Shown piece after piece: positions 17,210 to 25,080 of a stretch of DNA of 32,169 nucleotides. Source of the stretch: Deltaproteobacteria bacterium (GTDB taxonomy: Bacteria > Desulfobacterota > Desulfobacteria > Desulfobacterales > JAUVGT01); the NCBI GenBank assembly GCA_030593645.1, contig JAUVGT010000002.1, positions 1 through 32,169 of the forward strand, given 5' to 3'. Numbering within the stretch: position 1 is the first letter of the stretch; every line of letters starts with the position of its first letter. The notes under the pieces were generated by a model, which was not told the origin of the DNA, searched no databases, and was given only the letters and a program-made list of their open reading frames with translations. The translations under genes were made by a program, and so were the position numbers.

Positions 17210-18418
17210 ATGACTGACGGTATCAGAGACAAAGTGGCAATCATCGGAATGGGCTGCTCCCGATTTGGCGAACGATGGGACATGGGTGCCGAAGAATTGA
17301 TCGTGGAAGCATTTACGGAATGCGTCGAAGACGCCGGGATCGATCAAAAAGAAATACAGGCGGCCTGGGTGGGTAACTGCTTTGAAGAAGTCAGCCTGGG
17401 CAAAAGCGCCCTGGGTGCGGCCATGGCCCTTCGCCTTGACTATGTTCCGTTCACCCGTGTGGAAAATTACTGCGCCAGCGGTACGGAATCATTCAGGGGC
17501 GCGGTTTACGCGGTCGCTTCCGGTGCCTATGATACCTGTCTCGCGATTGGGGTTGAAAAACTTAAGGATACCGGGTATGGCGGTCTTCCCAACCCCGGCT
17601 CAAATATGGGACCCCTTAACTGGCTCTGGTATCCCAATATCTCCGCGCCCGGTGCATTCGCCCAGCTTGCCACAGCCTATGCTGCCAAATATGGTATTAA
17701 AGATCAGGATCTTAAACGGGCCATTGCGCACGTTTCTGTTAAAAGCCATGAAAACGGTTTAAACAACCCCAAAGCCCATCTCAGAAAAAAAGTGACAATT
17801 GATCAGGTTATGGCATCCCCGATCATTGCTCACCCGCTCGGCCTTTTTGACTGCTGCGGTGTGAGCGACGGTGCGGCCTGCGCGATCGTGACAACAGTAC
17901 AAAAAGCCAGGGAGCTTGGCATTAAAAACCCGGTCACCGTAAAAGCCCTCCAATTGGCCTTAAGTAACGGGGAAGAAATGTCATTCAATGACTGGGACGG
18001 CACTTATTTTCCCACCACATCAAAGGCAAGTAAAAAAGCATATCAAGAAGCAGGAATCACAGACCCAAAAGAAGAAATTTCAATGATGGAGCTGCACGAT
18101 TGTTTCTCAATCACAGAGCTTGTGACCTACGAAGATCTTCACATATCCGAGCGGGGTCATGCATGGCAGGATACACTGGATGGAATGTACAACCGTGATG
18201 GAAAAATTCCGGCACAGATTGACGGGGGCCTCAAATGTTTTGGCCATCCCATCGGGGCTTCGGGACTTCGCATGCTGTATGAAATGTATCTGCAGTTAAA
18301 CGGCCGGGCGCAGGACCGGCAGCTTGAAAACCCGCGTTTCGGTCTCACCCACAATCTTGGCGGAGTTCCATTTATGAGCGTGGCCAGTATCGCTATTGTG
18401 GGACTGTATAAAACATAA
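17210..18418 (+). CDS. Thiolase, SCP2/SCPx type (acetyl-CoA acyltransferase)
   Basis: Fingerprints ENYCASG, ELHDCF, GHPIGASG and HNLGG; GGAGG RBS. Confidence 0.93.
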   Translation: MTDGIRDKVAIIGMGCSRFGERWDMGAEELIVEAFTECVEDAGIDQKEIQAAWVGNCFEEVSLGKSALGAAMALRLDYVPFTRVENYCASGTESFRGAVYAVASGAYDTCLAIGVEKLKDTGYGGLPNPGSNMGPLNWLWYPNISAPGAFAQLATAYAAKYGIKDQDLKRAIAHVSVKSHENGLNNPKAHLRKKVTIDQVMASPIIAHPLGLFDCCGVSDGAACAIVTTVQKARELGIKNPVTVKALQLALSNGEEMSFNDWDGTYFPTTSKASKKAYQEAGITDPKEEISMMELHDCFSITELVTYEDLHISERGHAWQDTLDGMYNRDGKIPAQIDGGLKCFGHPIGASGLRMLYEMYLQLNGRAQDRQLENPRFGLTHNLGGVPFMSVASIAIVGLYKT

Positions 18419-18450
18419 ACAAAACCGAATTCAGCAAGGCTGCATGAACA

Positions 18451-19593
18451 ATGGAAATACTAAAATATTCAGCAGAACATGATTCATTCCGCGAAACGTT
18501 AAGGAAATTCCTGGGAAAAGAAGTGGTTCCTTTCGCGGATCAATGGGAACAGGAAGGTATTGTGCCTCGTGAAGCCTGGAAAAAGGCCGGGGAACAGGGA
18601 TTTTTATGCACGAGTGTTCCGGAAAAATATGGCGGGGCCGGAGCTGATTTTTTGTATTCCATAATCGTGATCGAAGAAATGATACATACCCGTCAATTCG
18701 GTCTGCTCACTCCCCTTCACAGTGATATAATTGTTCCGTACATTACATCCTATGCTTCTGAAGAATTAAAGCAAAAATACCTTCCCGGCTGTATTTCAGG
18801 AGATATTATTACTGCTGTGGGTATGACCGAACCGGGTGCGGGGAGCGATCTCACTTCCATATCGACCACCGCGACCAGGGCGGGGGATGAAGTCATTATA
18901 AACGGTCAAAAAACCTTTATCAGCTGCGGGATCAATTGTGATCTGGTCATCGTCGCGGCAAAGGATCCGGATATCGACGATCCTTATAACGCCCTTGATT
19001 TATACCTGGTGGATGCTTCCACACCGGGTTTTAAAAAGGGAAACAAACTGGATAAAATGGGATGGCGCAGTCAGGATACCGCGGAGCTGTTTTTTTCAGA
19101 CTGCCGCATACCCGTCACAAACCGGCTGGGACAAAAAGGGGGCGGTTTTCTGATGCTCATGGATAAACTCCAGCCCGAACGGCTGGTTTGTACTGTGGGT
19201 GCCCTGACCGCGGCTGAAATTATGATCGATTTAACAATCGATTTTTGTAAAAACCATAATGAATCAGGAAAACCACTTTCCAAGTACCAGGCAACCCAGC
19301 ATAAAATAATTGATATGCTCACAGAAATAAAACTGGGCCGCACATTTACAGACAAACTGATCGCGGATCATATTGAGGGGATTAAAGTACCCATCGAAGT
19401 CTCCATGGCAAAGGCATGGGTCACCGATATGGCCAAACGTGTGGCCGACGGGTGCATGGATTTGTTCGGTAATTACGGATATTATGAAGAATATCCGATT
19501 GCCCGCTTCTGGCGCGACATTCGCGTGATGTCCATTTTTGCCGGTACCAATGAAATTATGAAGGGCATTGCGGCTAAATTTATGGGGCTATAA
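18451..19593 (+). CDS. Acyl-CoA dehydrogenase (LCAD/IVD-type catalytic base position)
   Basis: GMTEPGAGSDL, INGQKTFIS, KMGWRSQDTAELFF, LQPERL, and IFAGTNEIMK with no Glu at the MCAD-376-equivalent site. Confidence 0.95.
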   Translation: MEILKYSAEHDSFRETLRKFLGKEVVPFADQWEQEGIVPREAWKKAGEQGFLCTSVPEKYGGAGADFLYSIIVIEEMIHTRQFGLLTPLHSDIIVPYITSYASEELKQKYLPGCISGDIITAVGMTEPGAGSDLTSISTTATRAGDEVIINGQKTFISCGINCDLVIVAAKDPDIDDPYNALDLYLVDASTPGFKKGNKLDKMGWRSQDTAELFFSDCRIPVTNRLGQKGGGFLMLMDKLQPERLVCTVGALTAAEIMIDLTIDFCKNHNESGKPLSKYQATQHKIIDMLTEIKLGRTFTDKLIADHIEGIKVPIEVSMAKAWVTDMAKRVADGCMDLFGNYGYYEEYPIARFWRDIRVMSIFAGTNEIMKGIAAKFMGL

Positions 19594-19612
19594 TAACGTG
19601 CTCAATCGAAAT

Positions 19613-19639
19613 TCGGGGTCGGTATCGGTATCGCAATCG
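19613..19639. repeat. 6-bp-period tandem repeat (TCGNNN)n
   Basis: TCGGGG TCGGTA TCGGTA TCGCAA TCG. Confidence 0.55.
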
Positions 19640-19651
19640 TCTTTTTTTAGT

Positions 19652-19676
19652 GTAGGGGTGCCTCTTGCGGGTACCC
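19652..19676 (+). repeat. GTAG-type REP element
   Basis: GTAG tetranucleotide directly followed by the hairpin GGGTGCC-TCTTGCG-GGTACCC (one G-T pair). Confidence 0.6.
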
Positions 19677-19940
19677 AGTAATGAGCGTTGAACACTTGTC
19701 AGGCCATAACCTCGGCGACGGCTGATCGAATAATGATGCCGCTTTGCTCTATCTTATTTAAATCAGGCAGTATTCCTAAGATTTTCAATCAATCGGGTAA
19801 TGATTTATTGAATTTTTTAGTATTTAGCAGTACAAGCGTTTAAGGTGTTTTTTAAACCTTGCCTCCAGAGTGGAAATTATGAATATTGAGTGATAAATTA
19901 TCGTTTCAAGGATTAAATTCGATTTAGAATTTAGGGTTCC

Positions 19941-19979
19941 TTCAACTCAAAATTCAGAATTATTAACTCAAAACTCAAT
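19941..19979. repeat. 7-bp-period repeat arm related to 12071-12109
   Basis: TTCAACTCAAAATTCAGAATTATTAACTCAAAACTCAAT matches 12071-12109 at 31 of 39 positions by manual count; a degenerate left arm lies near 19876-19891. Confidence 0.55.
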
Positions 19980-20050
19980 CGCACGCGCGATTGCCAGGGG
20001 GGTCTGCGGTCCGTAACGTTTTATTAACTCAAATACAGGAAAATACTGCA

Positions 20051-21748
20051 ATGGAAATCTATGACAGCAAGCCATGGCTAAAGTCCTATGATCCAGGTGT
20101 CGAAACCAGTCTTCATATTCCGGATGAACCGGTAACTGCCGGTTATGAAAGGATCAGAAAACGTTTCCCGGACAGACCGGCCTTCCATTTTCATGGGGTA
20201 ATGTGGACATTTGAAAAAATGTTTAATGCCGCTGATCGTTTTGCCCGGGCGCTGTCGGACCGGGATATCGGTAAAAATGATGTCGTGGCCATTAATTTAC
20301 CGAATCTTCCCCAATATCTTATCGCCCAGCTGGGTGCGACAAAAATGGGCTGCTGGATAACCGGAATTTCCCCACTTCTCCTGGCCGATGAAATGGCATT
20401 CCAGCTCAAAGATTCCGGTGCAAAAGCTCTTGTCACACTGGATCCAATTTATGAACATCGCCTTTTACCGGTTATTGACCAATTACCGGAACTTAAATTT
20501 ATCGTTTCCACGGGTATCCTCGATTTTTTACCCAGGTTTAAACAAATCATGGCCGCACTGCTGAAAAAGGTTCCAACCGGTAATGTAAAACCCATACCCG
20601 GCAAAGATGTGATCAAATTTATGCCGCTTCTAAAAAAACATGAACCGAATCCGCCCCGGGTAGATATCCACGCGGATGATATTCACCTCCTCCAGTACAC
20701 CGGCGGCACCACAGGTACTCCAAAAGGCGCCATGCTGACCCACCGCAACATTCTGAGTCAGGCTTTATTCTGGAATACCTGGTTTGATATGAATATAGGC
20801 ACGGATGTTTCATGTTCAGGTTATCCATATTTCCATATCGGCGGTCAATGCTCTTTTGTTGCAACCATATGGCTCGGCGCAACACAGATATTAATACCCA
20901 ATCCCCGGGATACCAAACATATTGTTAAAGAAATTGCCAGGTACAAACCTCATTTTATAAATAATGTGCCGTCACTTTACATGCTTCTTTTAGATACTCC
21001 CGGTTTTAAAGATCTTGACTTTTCATCGGTCCGCTTTGCCACCGCCGCCGCCGCTCCGTATCCTGTTGAGCCCTTAAAAAAGCTTGAGTCCGTGATCGGA
21101 GCCGATAAGGTGGTGGAACTCTATGGGCTGACTGAAACGTCCCCCCTTGTGACCATGAATCCGGTTAAGGGAACAAAAAAAACAGGAAGCGTGGGTATTC
21201 CCGTTCCGAATACTGAAATCAGACTCGTGGATATCCTCACCGGTGATACCCAGGTACCCCAGGGTGAAAAGGGGGAACTGATCGTACGCGGTCCCCAGAT
21301 TATGAAAGGTTACTGGAACAAACCTGAAGAAACAGCGAATGCAATGCGTCAGCATGACGGTAAAACCTGGCTTCATACCGGCGATATTGCCGTTATGGAC
21401 TCTGACGGTTATATCAGTATCGTAGACCGTTCCAAAGACATGATAAACGTCAGCGGATTCAAGGTTTTCCCACGTGAAGTTGAAGAAAAACTCTACAACC
21501 ACCCCGCAGTCAAAGTATGCGCGGTGGTCGGTGTCGATGATCCGGATCGGCCCGGAAGTGAGATGGTCAAACTGATCGTCCAGATGAGCGATGACTGGAA
21601 AGATAAATCCGAAACAGAAATAATTGATGAAATCAACACCTTTTGCAGGGAGAAACTCGGTGCACATAAAAAACCGAAACTGATCGAAATTATCGATGAA
21701 ATACCGATGACTGCAGCCGGTAAGGTTGACCGCAAAGTACTTCGGTGA
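20051..21748 (+). CDS. Long-chain-fatty-acid--CoA ligase (FadD-like AMP-forming ligase)
   Basis: QYTGGTTGTPKG, YGLTETSP, GPQIMKGYW, WLHTGDI, DRSKDMI, GKVDRK. Start moved to ATG 20051 (MEIYDSKPWLKSY). Confidence 0.95.
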   Translation: MEIYDSKPWLKSYDPGVETSLHIPDEPVTAGYERIRKRFPDRPAFHFHGVMWTFEKMFNAADRFARALSDRDIGKNDVVAINLPNLPQYLIAQLGATKMGCWITGISPLLLADEMAFQLKDSGAKALVTLDPIYEHRLLPVIDQLPELKFIVSTGILDFLPRFKQIMAALLKKVPTGNVKPIPGKDVIKFMPLLKKHEPNPPRVDIHADDIHLLQYTGGTTGTPKGAMLTHRNILSQALFWNTWFDMNIGTDVSCSGYPYFHIGGQCSFVATIWLGATQILIPNPRDTKHIVKEIARYKPHFINNVPSLYMLLLDTPGFKDLDFSSVRFATAAAAPYPVEPLKKLESVIGADKVVELYGLTETSPLVTMNPVKGTKKTGSVGIPVPNTEIRLVDILTGDTQVPQGEKGELIVRGPQIMKGYWNKPEETANAMRQHDGKTWLHTGDIAVMDSDGYISIVDRSKDMINVSGFKVFPREVEEKLYNHPAVKVCAVVGVDDPDRPGSEMVKLIVQMSDDWKDKSETEIIDEINTFCREKLGAHKKPKLIEIIDEIPMTAAGKVDRKVLR

Positions 21749-21758
21749 TGAGGCGCAT

Positions 21759-23867
21759 ATGGACGAATTAAAAATAAAGCAGCTTGAAAATGGTATAGCT
21801 GTTGTGAGCATTGATGATCAAGAGCGGACTGTTAATACGTTGACACCCGATCTGCTGCTGGAATTTGCCGAAAAGATTGTCCCTCTTTTAGAGAATCCTG
21901 CTGTCCGGGCCATGGTATTTATCTCGGCAAAAAAAAATACATTTATCGCCGGAGCAGATATCAAACTCTTTTCTTTGATAGATGATCCAAATCTTGTCAT
22001 AAGAGTTGACCGGGCATATAGCCGACTTTTTTCTCGATTTTACAATTGTCCCAAGCCTCTGGTTGCAGCCATTCATGGCGCAGCCCTTGGCGGGGGACTG
22101 GAGCTGGCTCTCTCCTGCGGGTTTATCCTGGCTACTGATCACCCCAAAACAGTATTCGGATTACCGGAAGTCAAACTGGGCATCCTGCCCGCGGCGGGCG
22201 GGACACAAAGGCTGCCAGATCGCGTGGGACTTTTCAGGGGTCTTGAGATGATGCTGACCGGGCGGCACATACGCGCACGAAAAGCACTTGGTATGGACCT
22301 GGTTGATGAAGTGACCCCGCATGAAAGCCTGTTAGACCGTGCCATTGAGATCGCCCTGGTACTCAGCCATAAGAATAAGAAGCATCGGAAGAAAAAAAGA
22401 TCTTTTATGGAATCCATTGTTTCACTTCCGCCGGCTCGCAAATTTGTATTTAATAAACTTCGAAAAAAAGTAATTTTAAAAACACGGGGGAATTATCCCG
22501 GGCCGCTGAAAATTATCGACTGTGTGGAAACCGGTATAAAAAATGGAACAAAAGCAGCATTAAAACAAGAGATAAAAGATATTGGTGAACTCTTCGCAAC
22601 TCCACAGTGTCGCGCCCTGGTGTGGCTATTTTTAACATCACAGGGATTGAAAACTCAACCCGATGGGTTCTTACCTCCTGACAGCATTGCTGTAATCGGG
22701 GCCGGCCTGATGGGTTCGGATATTGCTTCGACCAGTCTTTCCCTTCACCCGGTAGTCGTACAGGACAATTTAAAAGAAGCGCTTGAACGGTCTGAAGACC
22801 GGATCAAAACCGGCTTAAAAAAACAGGTCCGATCACAGGCGATTACAGAAGATGAGCAAAAAAAACGTCTGGCATCATTTAAAACCACCATGGATAAAAA
22901 TGATATTGCCGATTCTGATTTCATCATTGAAGCGGTATATGAAGATCTTGAATTGAAACAGCGCGTCCTTGCTGAAATGGAAAAAATAATATCACCTGAA
23001 GCAGTTTTTGCCTCCTGCACATCCGCCCTGCCGATTTCAAAAATAGCAGAAAAAGCACTTCACCCTGAAAGGGTGATCGGGATGCATTACTTCTCACCCG
23101 CGCATAAAATGCCTCTTTTAGAGCTCGTGGCGCACAAATCAGTGTCTGAGCAAACAGTAAATAAAGCCCGATCCCTTGCGGCCGCTCAGGGCAAATCTGT
23201 TATCCAGGTCAAAGATGAACCGGGATTCTATACCACGCGTATTTTCGCGCTTTACCTGAATGAAGCACTTCTTCTTCTCGCAGAGGGTGCTCGAATTGAT
23301 ATCATCGATAAAACCATGAAAGATTTTGGTTATCCGATAGGCCCGGCAGCTTTGATGGATGAAGTCGGCCTTGACGTCATCGCGCGGGTCGCGAACGATT
23401 TGGGAAAATCATTTTCCGACCGCTGGAAACTCAGTCATGTCACTTCAAGAATGCTTGGGGCCGGCTGCCTGGGACGAAAAAGCCAAAGGGGATTTTATAA
23501 ATACACTGAAGCGAGGAAGAAGAAAAAGAGAATCAATCACAATATTTATTCATTTTTTTCAGATACCGCGTTAAGACCGCCGGCAGTGTCGCAAATTAAA
23601 AACCGCCTGGTCCTTGCAATGGTCAACGAGGCCGCCCTTTGCCTGCAGGAAGGTGTGATTTCATCCCCGGATGATGGTGATATTGGAGCTGTGCTGGGAT
23701 TGGGTTTTCCGCCTTTTATTGGAGGTCCATTTCATTATATTGATTCAAAAGGGGCGGATGTGATCCTGTCCCGTCTGGATCATCTTGCGGATGACGATAA
23801 ACCCCATTTTCAACCGGCACAAATTATAAAAAATATGGCCAAATCCGGCAAAAGGTTTTTCAAATAA
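21759..23867 (+). CDS. fadJ: Fatty-acid oxidation complex alpha subunit (crotonase-type enoyl-CoA hydratase + (S)-3-hydroxyacyl-CoA dehydrogenase), FadJ/HADHA-like
   Basis: FIAGADI, GGGLELAL, LPEVKLGILPAAGGTQRLP, GAGLMG, IEAVYEDLELK, GMHYFSPAHKMPLLE, GDIGAVLGLGFPPFIGGPF. Start moved to ATG 21759 after a GAGG RBS. Confidence 0.9.
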   Translation: MDELKIKQLENGIAVVSIDDQERTVNTLTPDLLLEFAEKIVPLLENPAVRAMVFISAKKNTFIAGADIKLFSLIDDPNLVIRVDRAYSRLFSRFYNCPKPLVAAIHGAALGGGLELALSCGFILATDHPKTVFGLPEVKLGILPAAGGTQRLPDRVGLFRGLEMMLTGRHIRARKALGMDLVDEVTPHESLLDRAIEIALVLSHKNKKHRKKKRSFMESIVSLPPARKFVFNKLRKKVILKTRGNYPGPLKIIDCVETGIKNGTKAALKQEIKDIGELFATPQCRALVWLFLTSQGLKTQPDGFLPPDSIAVIGAGLMGSDIASTSLSLHPVVVQDNLKEALERSEDRIKTGLKKQVRSQAITEDEQKKRLASFKTTMDKNDIADSDFIIEAVYEDLELKQRVLAEMEKIISPEAVFASCTSALPISKIAEKALHPERVIGMHYFSPAHKMPLLELVAHKSVSEQTVNKARSLAAAQGKSVIQVKDEPGFYTTRIFALYLNEALLLLAEGARIDIIDKTMKDFGYPIGPAALMDEVGLDVIARVANDLGKSFSDRWKLSHVTSRMLGAGCLGRKSQRGFYKYTEARKKKKRINHNIYSFFSDTALRPPAVSQIKNRLVLAMVNEAALCLQEGVISSPDDGDIGAVLGLGFPPFIGGPFHYIDSKGADVILSRLDHLADDDKPHFQPAQIIKNMAKSGKRFFK

Positions 23868-23889
23868 AAAAAATTAAAAAAAGGAAACC

Positions 23890-25026
23890 ATGAACACTGA
23901 AATTTATAAGAAACTGGCTTTGCATCTTGATGACCTTCCTGCAGGCTTTCCGGCAACAGAAAGCGGTGTGGAATTGCGGATTCTGAAACGACTGTTTACA
24001 CCCGAACAGGCTGAGCTTGCCCTGCACACCACAATCATTCCTGAGAAAGCAAAGGTTATCGCGCTTCGTGCCGGAATGAATACCGATGAAACAGAGCAAA
24101 AGCTTAGGGAGATGGTCGACAAAGGGTTGCTTTTCAGCATCGAGTTCCCGGATAAACCGGCCTTATATATGGCCACCCAATATGTGATTGGTATTTGGGA
24201 ATACCAGGTCAATACACTGGACAAAGAATTGATCCGGGACATGAATGAATACATTCCCGAATTTGTTAATTTCGACACCTGGAAAAAATCACCGCAGCTT
24301 CGGACCATCCCGGTCAATCGCAGCGTTGACGCTTCCCTTGAAATCCTGCCCCATGAAATGGCCGCGGAAATGGTCAAAGACCAGAGTAAAATACGTGTTT
24401 TCCCCTGTATCTGCCGCAAGGAGCACTCCATGATTGGAGAAGGCTGCGACAAACCCGAAGAATCATGCCTGGCATTCGGAATGGGTGCTTATTATTACGA
24501 ACGGAGAGGAATCGGTCGTGATATCGACGCTGAAGAATGCATTGAAATTCTCAAACGTGCGGATAAGGCCGGTCTGGTTCTTCAACCGAATAACGCGAAA
24601 AAACTGGTCAATATATGCTGCTGTTGTGGATGTTGCTGCCAGATTCTCAAGAACCTGGGAAAACACCCCAAACCCGCCGAGCTGATTTCCACGCCGTTTG
24701 TAGTCAGGTTTAACGAAGAGACATGCAAAGAGTGCGGGGTTTGTGAAAAACGATGCCAGATTGACGCGATCACAATCGAAGATGATAAAGTATCCCTGGA
24801 TGAAGGACGCTGCATCGGATGCGGGCTGTGTGTATCCACATGCCCCAGCGGATCCATGACACTGGAGCGCAAACCCGATGAAGAGCAAACCTACATCCCT
24901 TCTAACCAGATCAAAAGCCATCTCAGGCTGGCAAAGTCAAGGGGAAAACTCAACCGGGTGAAAATGACCAAAATATCAATCCAATCCAAATGGGACAGGT
25001 GGTTGGCTAATAACCGGAAGAACTGA
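23890..25026 (+). CDS. Cys-rich 2x[4Fe-4S] ferredoxin-domain protein with an N-terminal wHTH-like region
   Basis: CKECGVCEKRC and CIGCGLCVSTCP ferredoxin motifs, plus CICR...C...C and ICCCCGCCC; AAGGA RBS. Confidence 0.88.
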   Translation: MNTEIYKKLALHLDDLPAGFPATESGVELRILKRLFTPEQAELALHTTIIPEKAKVIALRAGMNTDETEQKLREMVDKGLLFSIEFPDKPALYMATQYVIGIWEYQVNTLDKELIRDMNEYIPEFVNFDTWKKSPQLRTIPVNRSVDASLEILPHEMAAEMVKDQSKIRVFPCICRKEHSMIGEGCDKPEESCLAFGMGAYYYERRGIGRDIDAEECIEILKRADKAGLVLQPNNAKKLVNICCCCGCCCQILKNLGKHPKPAELISTPFVVRFNEETCKECGVCEKRCQIDAITIEDDKVSLDEGRCIGCGLCVSTCPSGSMTLERKPDEEQTYIPSNQIKSHLRLAKSRGKLNRVKMTKISIQSKWDRWLANNRKN

Positions 25027-25080
25027 ATCATATCAGGAGAGAACTCAAATGGAGTGCAATAAAGAAAAAAATATTGAATC

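Noticed and set aside
14285-18418. Mevalonate pathway or PhlABC (DAPG) biosynthesis
   Set aside because: The HMGS catalytic Cys appears absent, there is no HMG-CoA reductase or PhlD-type polyketide synthase nearby, and the context is degradative.
21074-21811. 245-aa minus-strand ORF, and the many other short ORFs overlapping called genes
   Set aside because: Antisense or alternate-frame shadows of well-supported genes; no recognisable domains.
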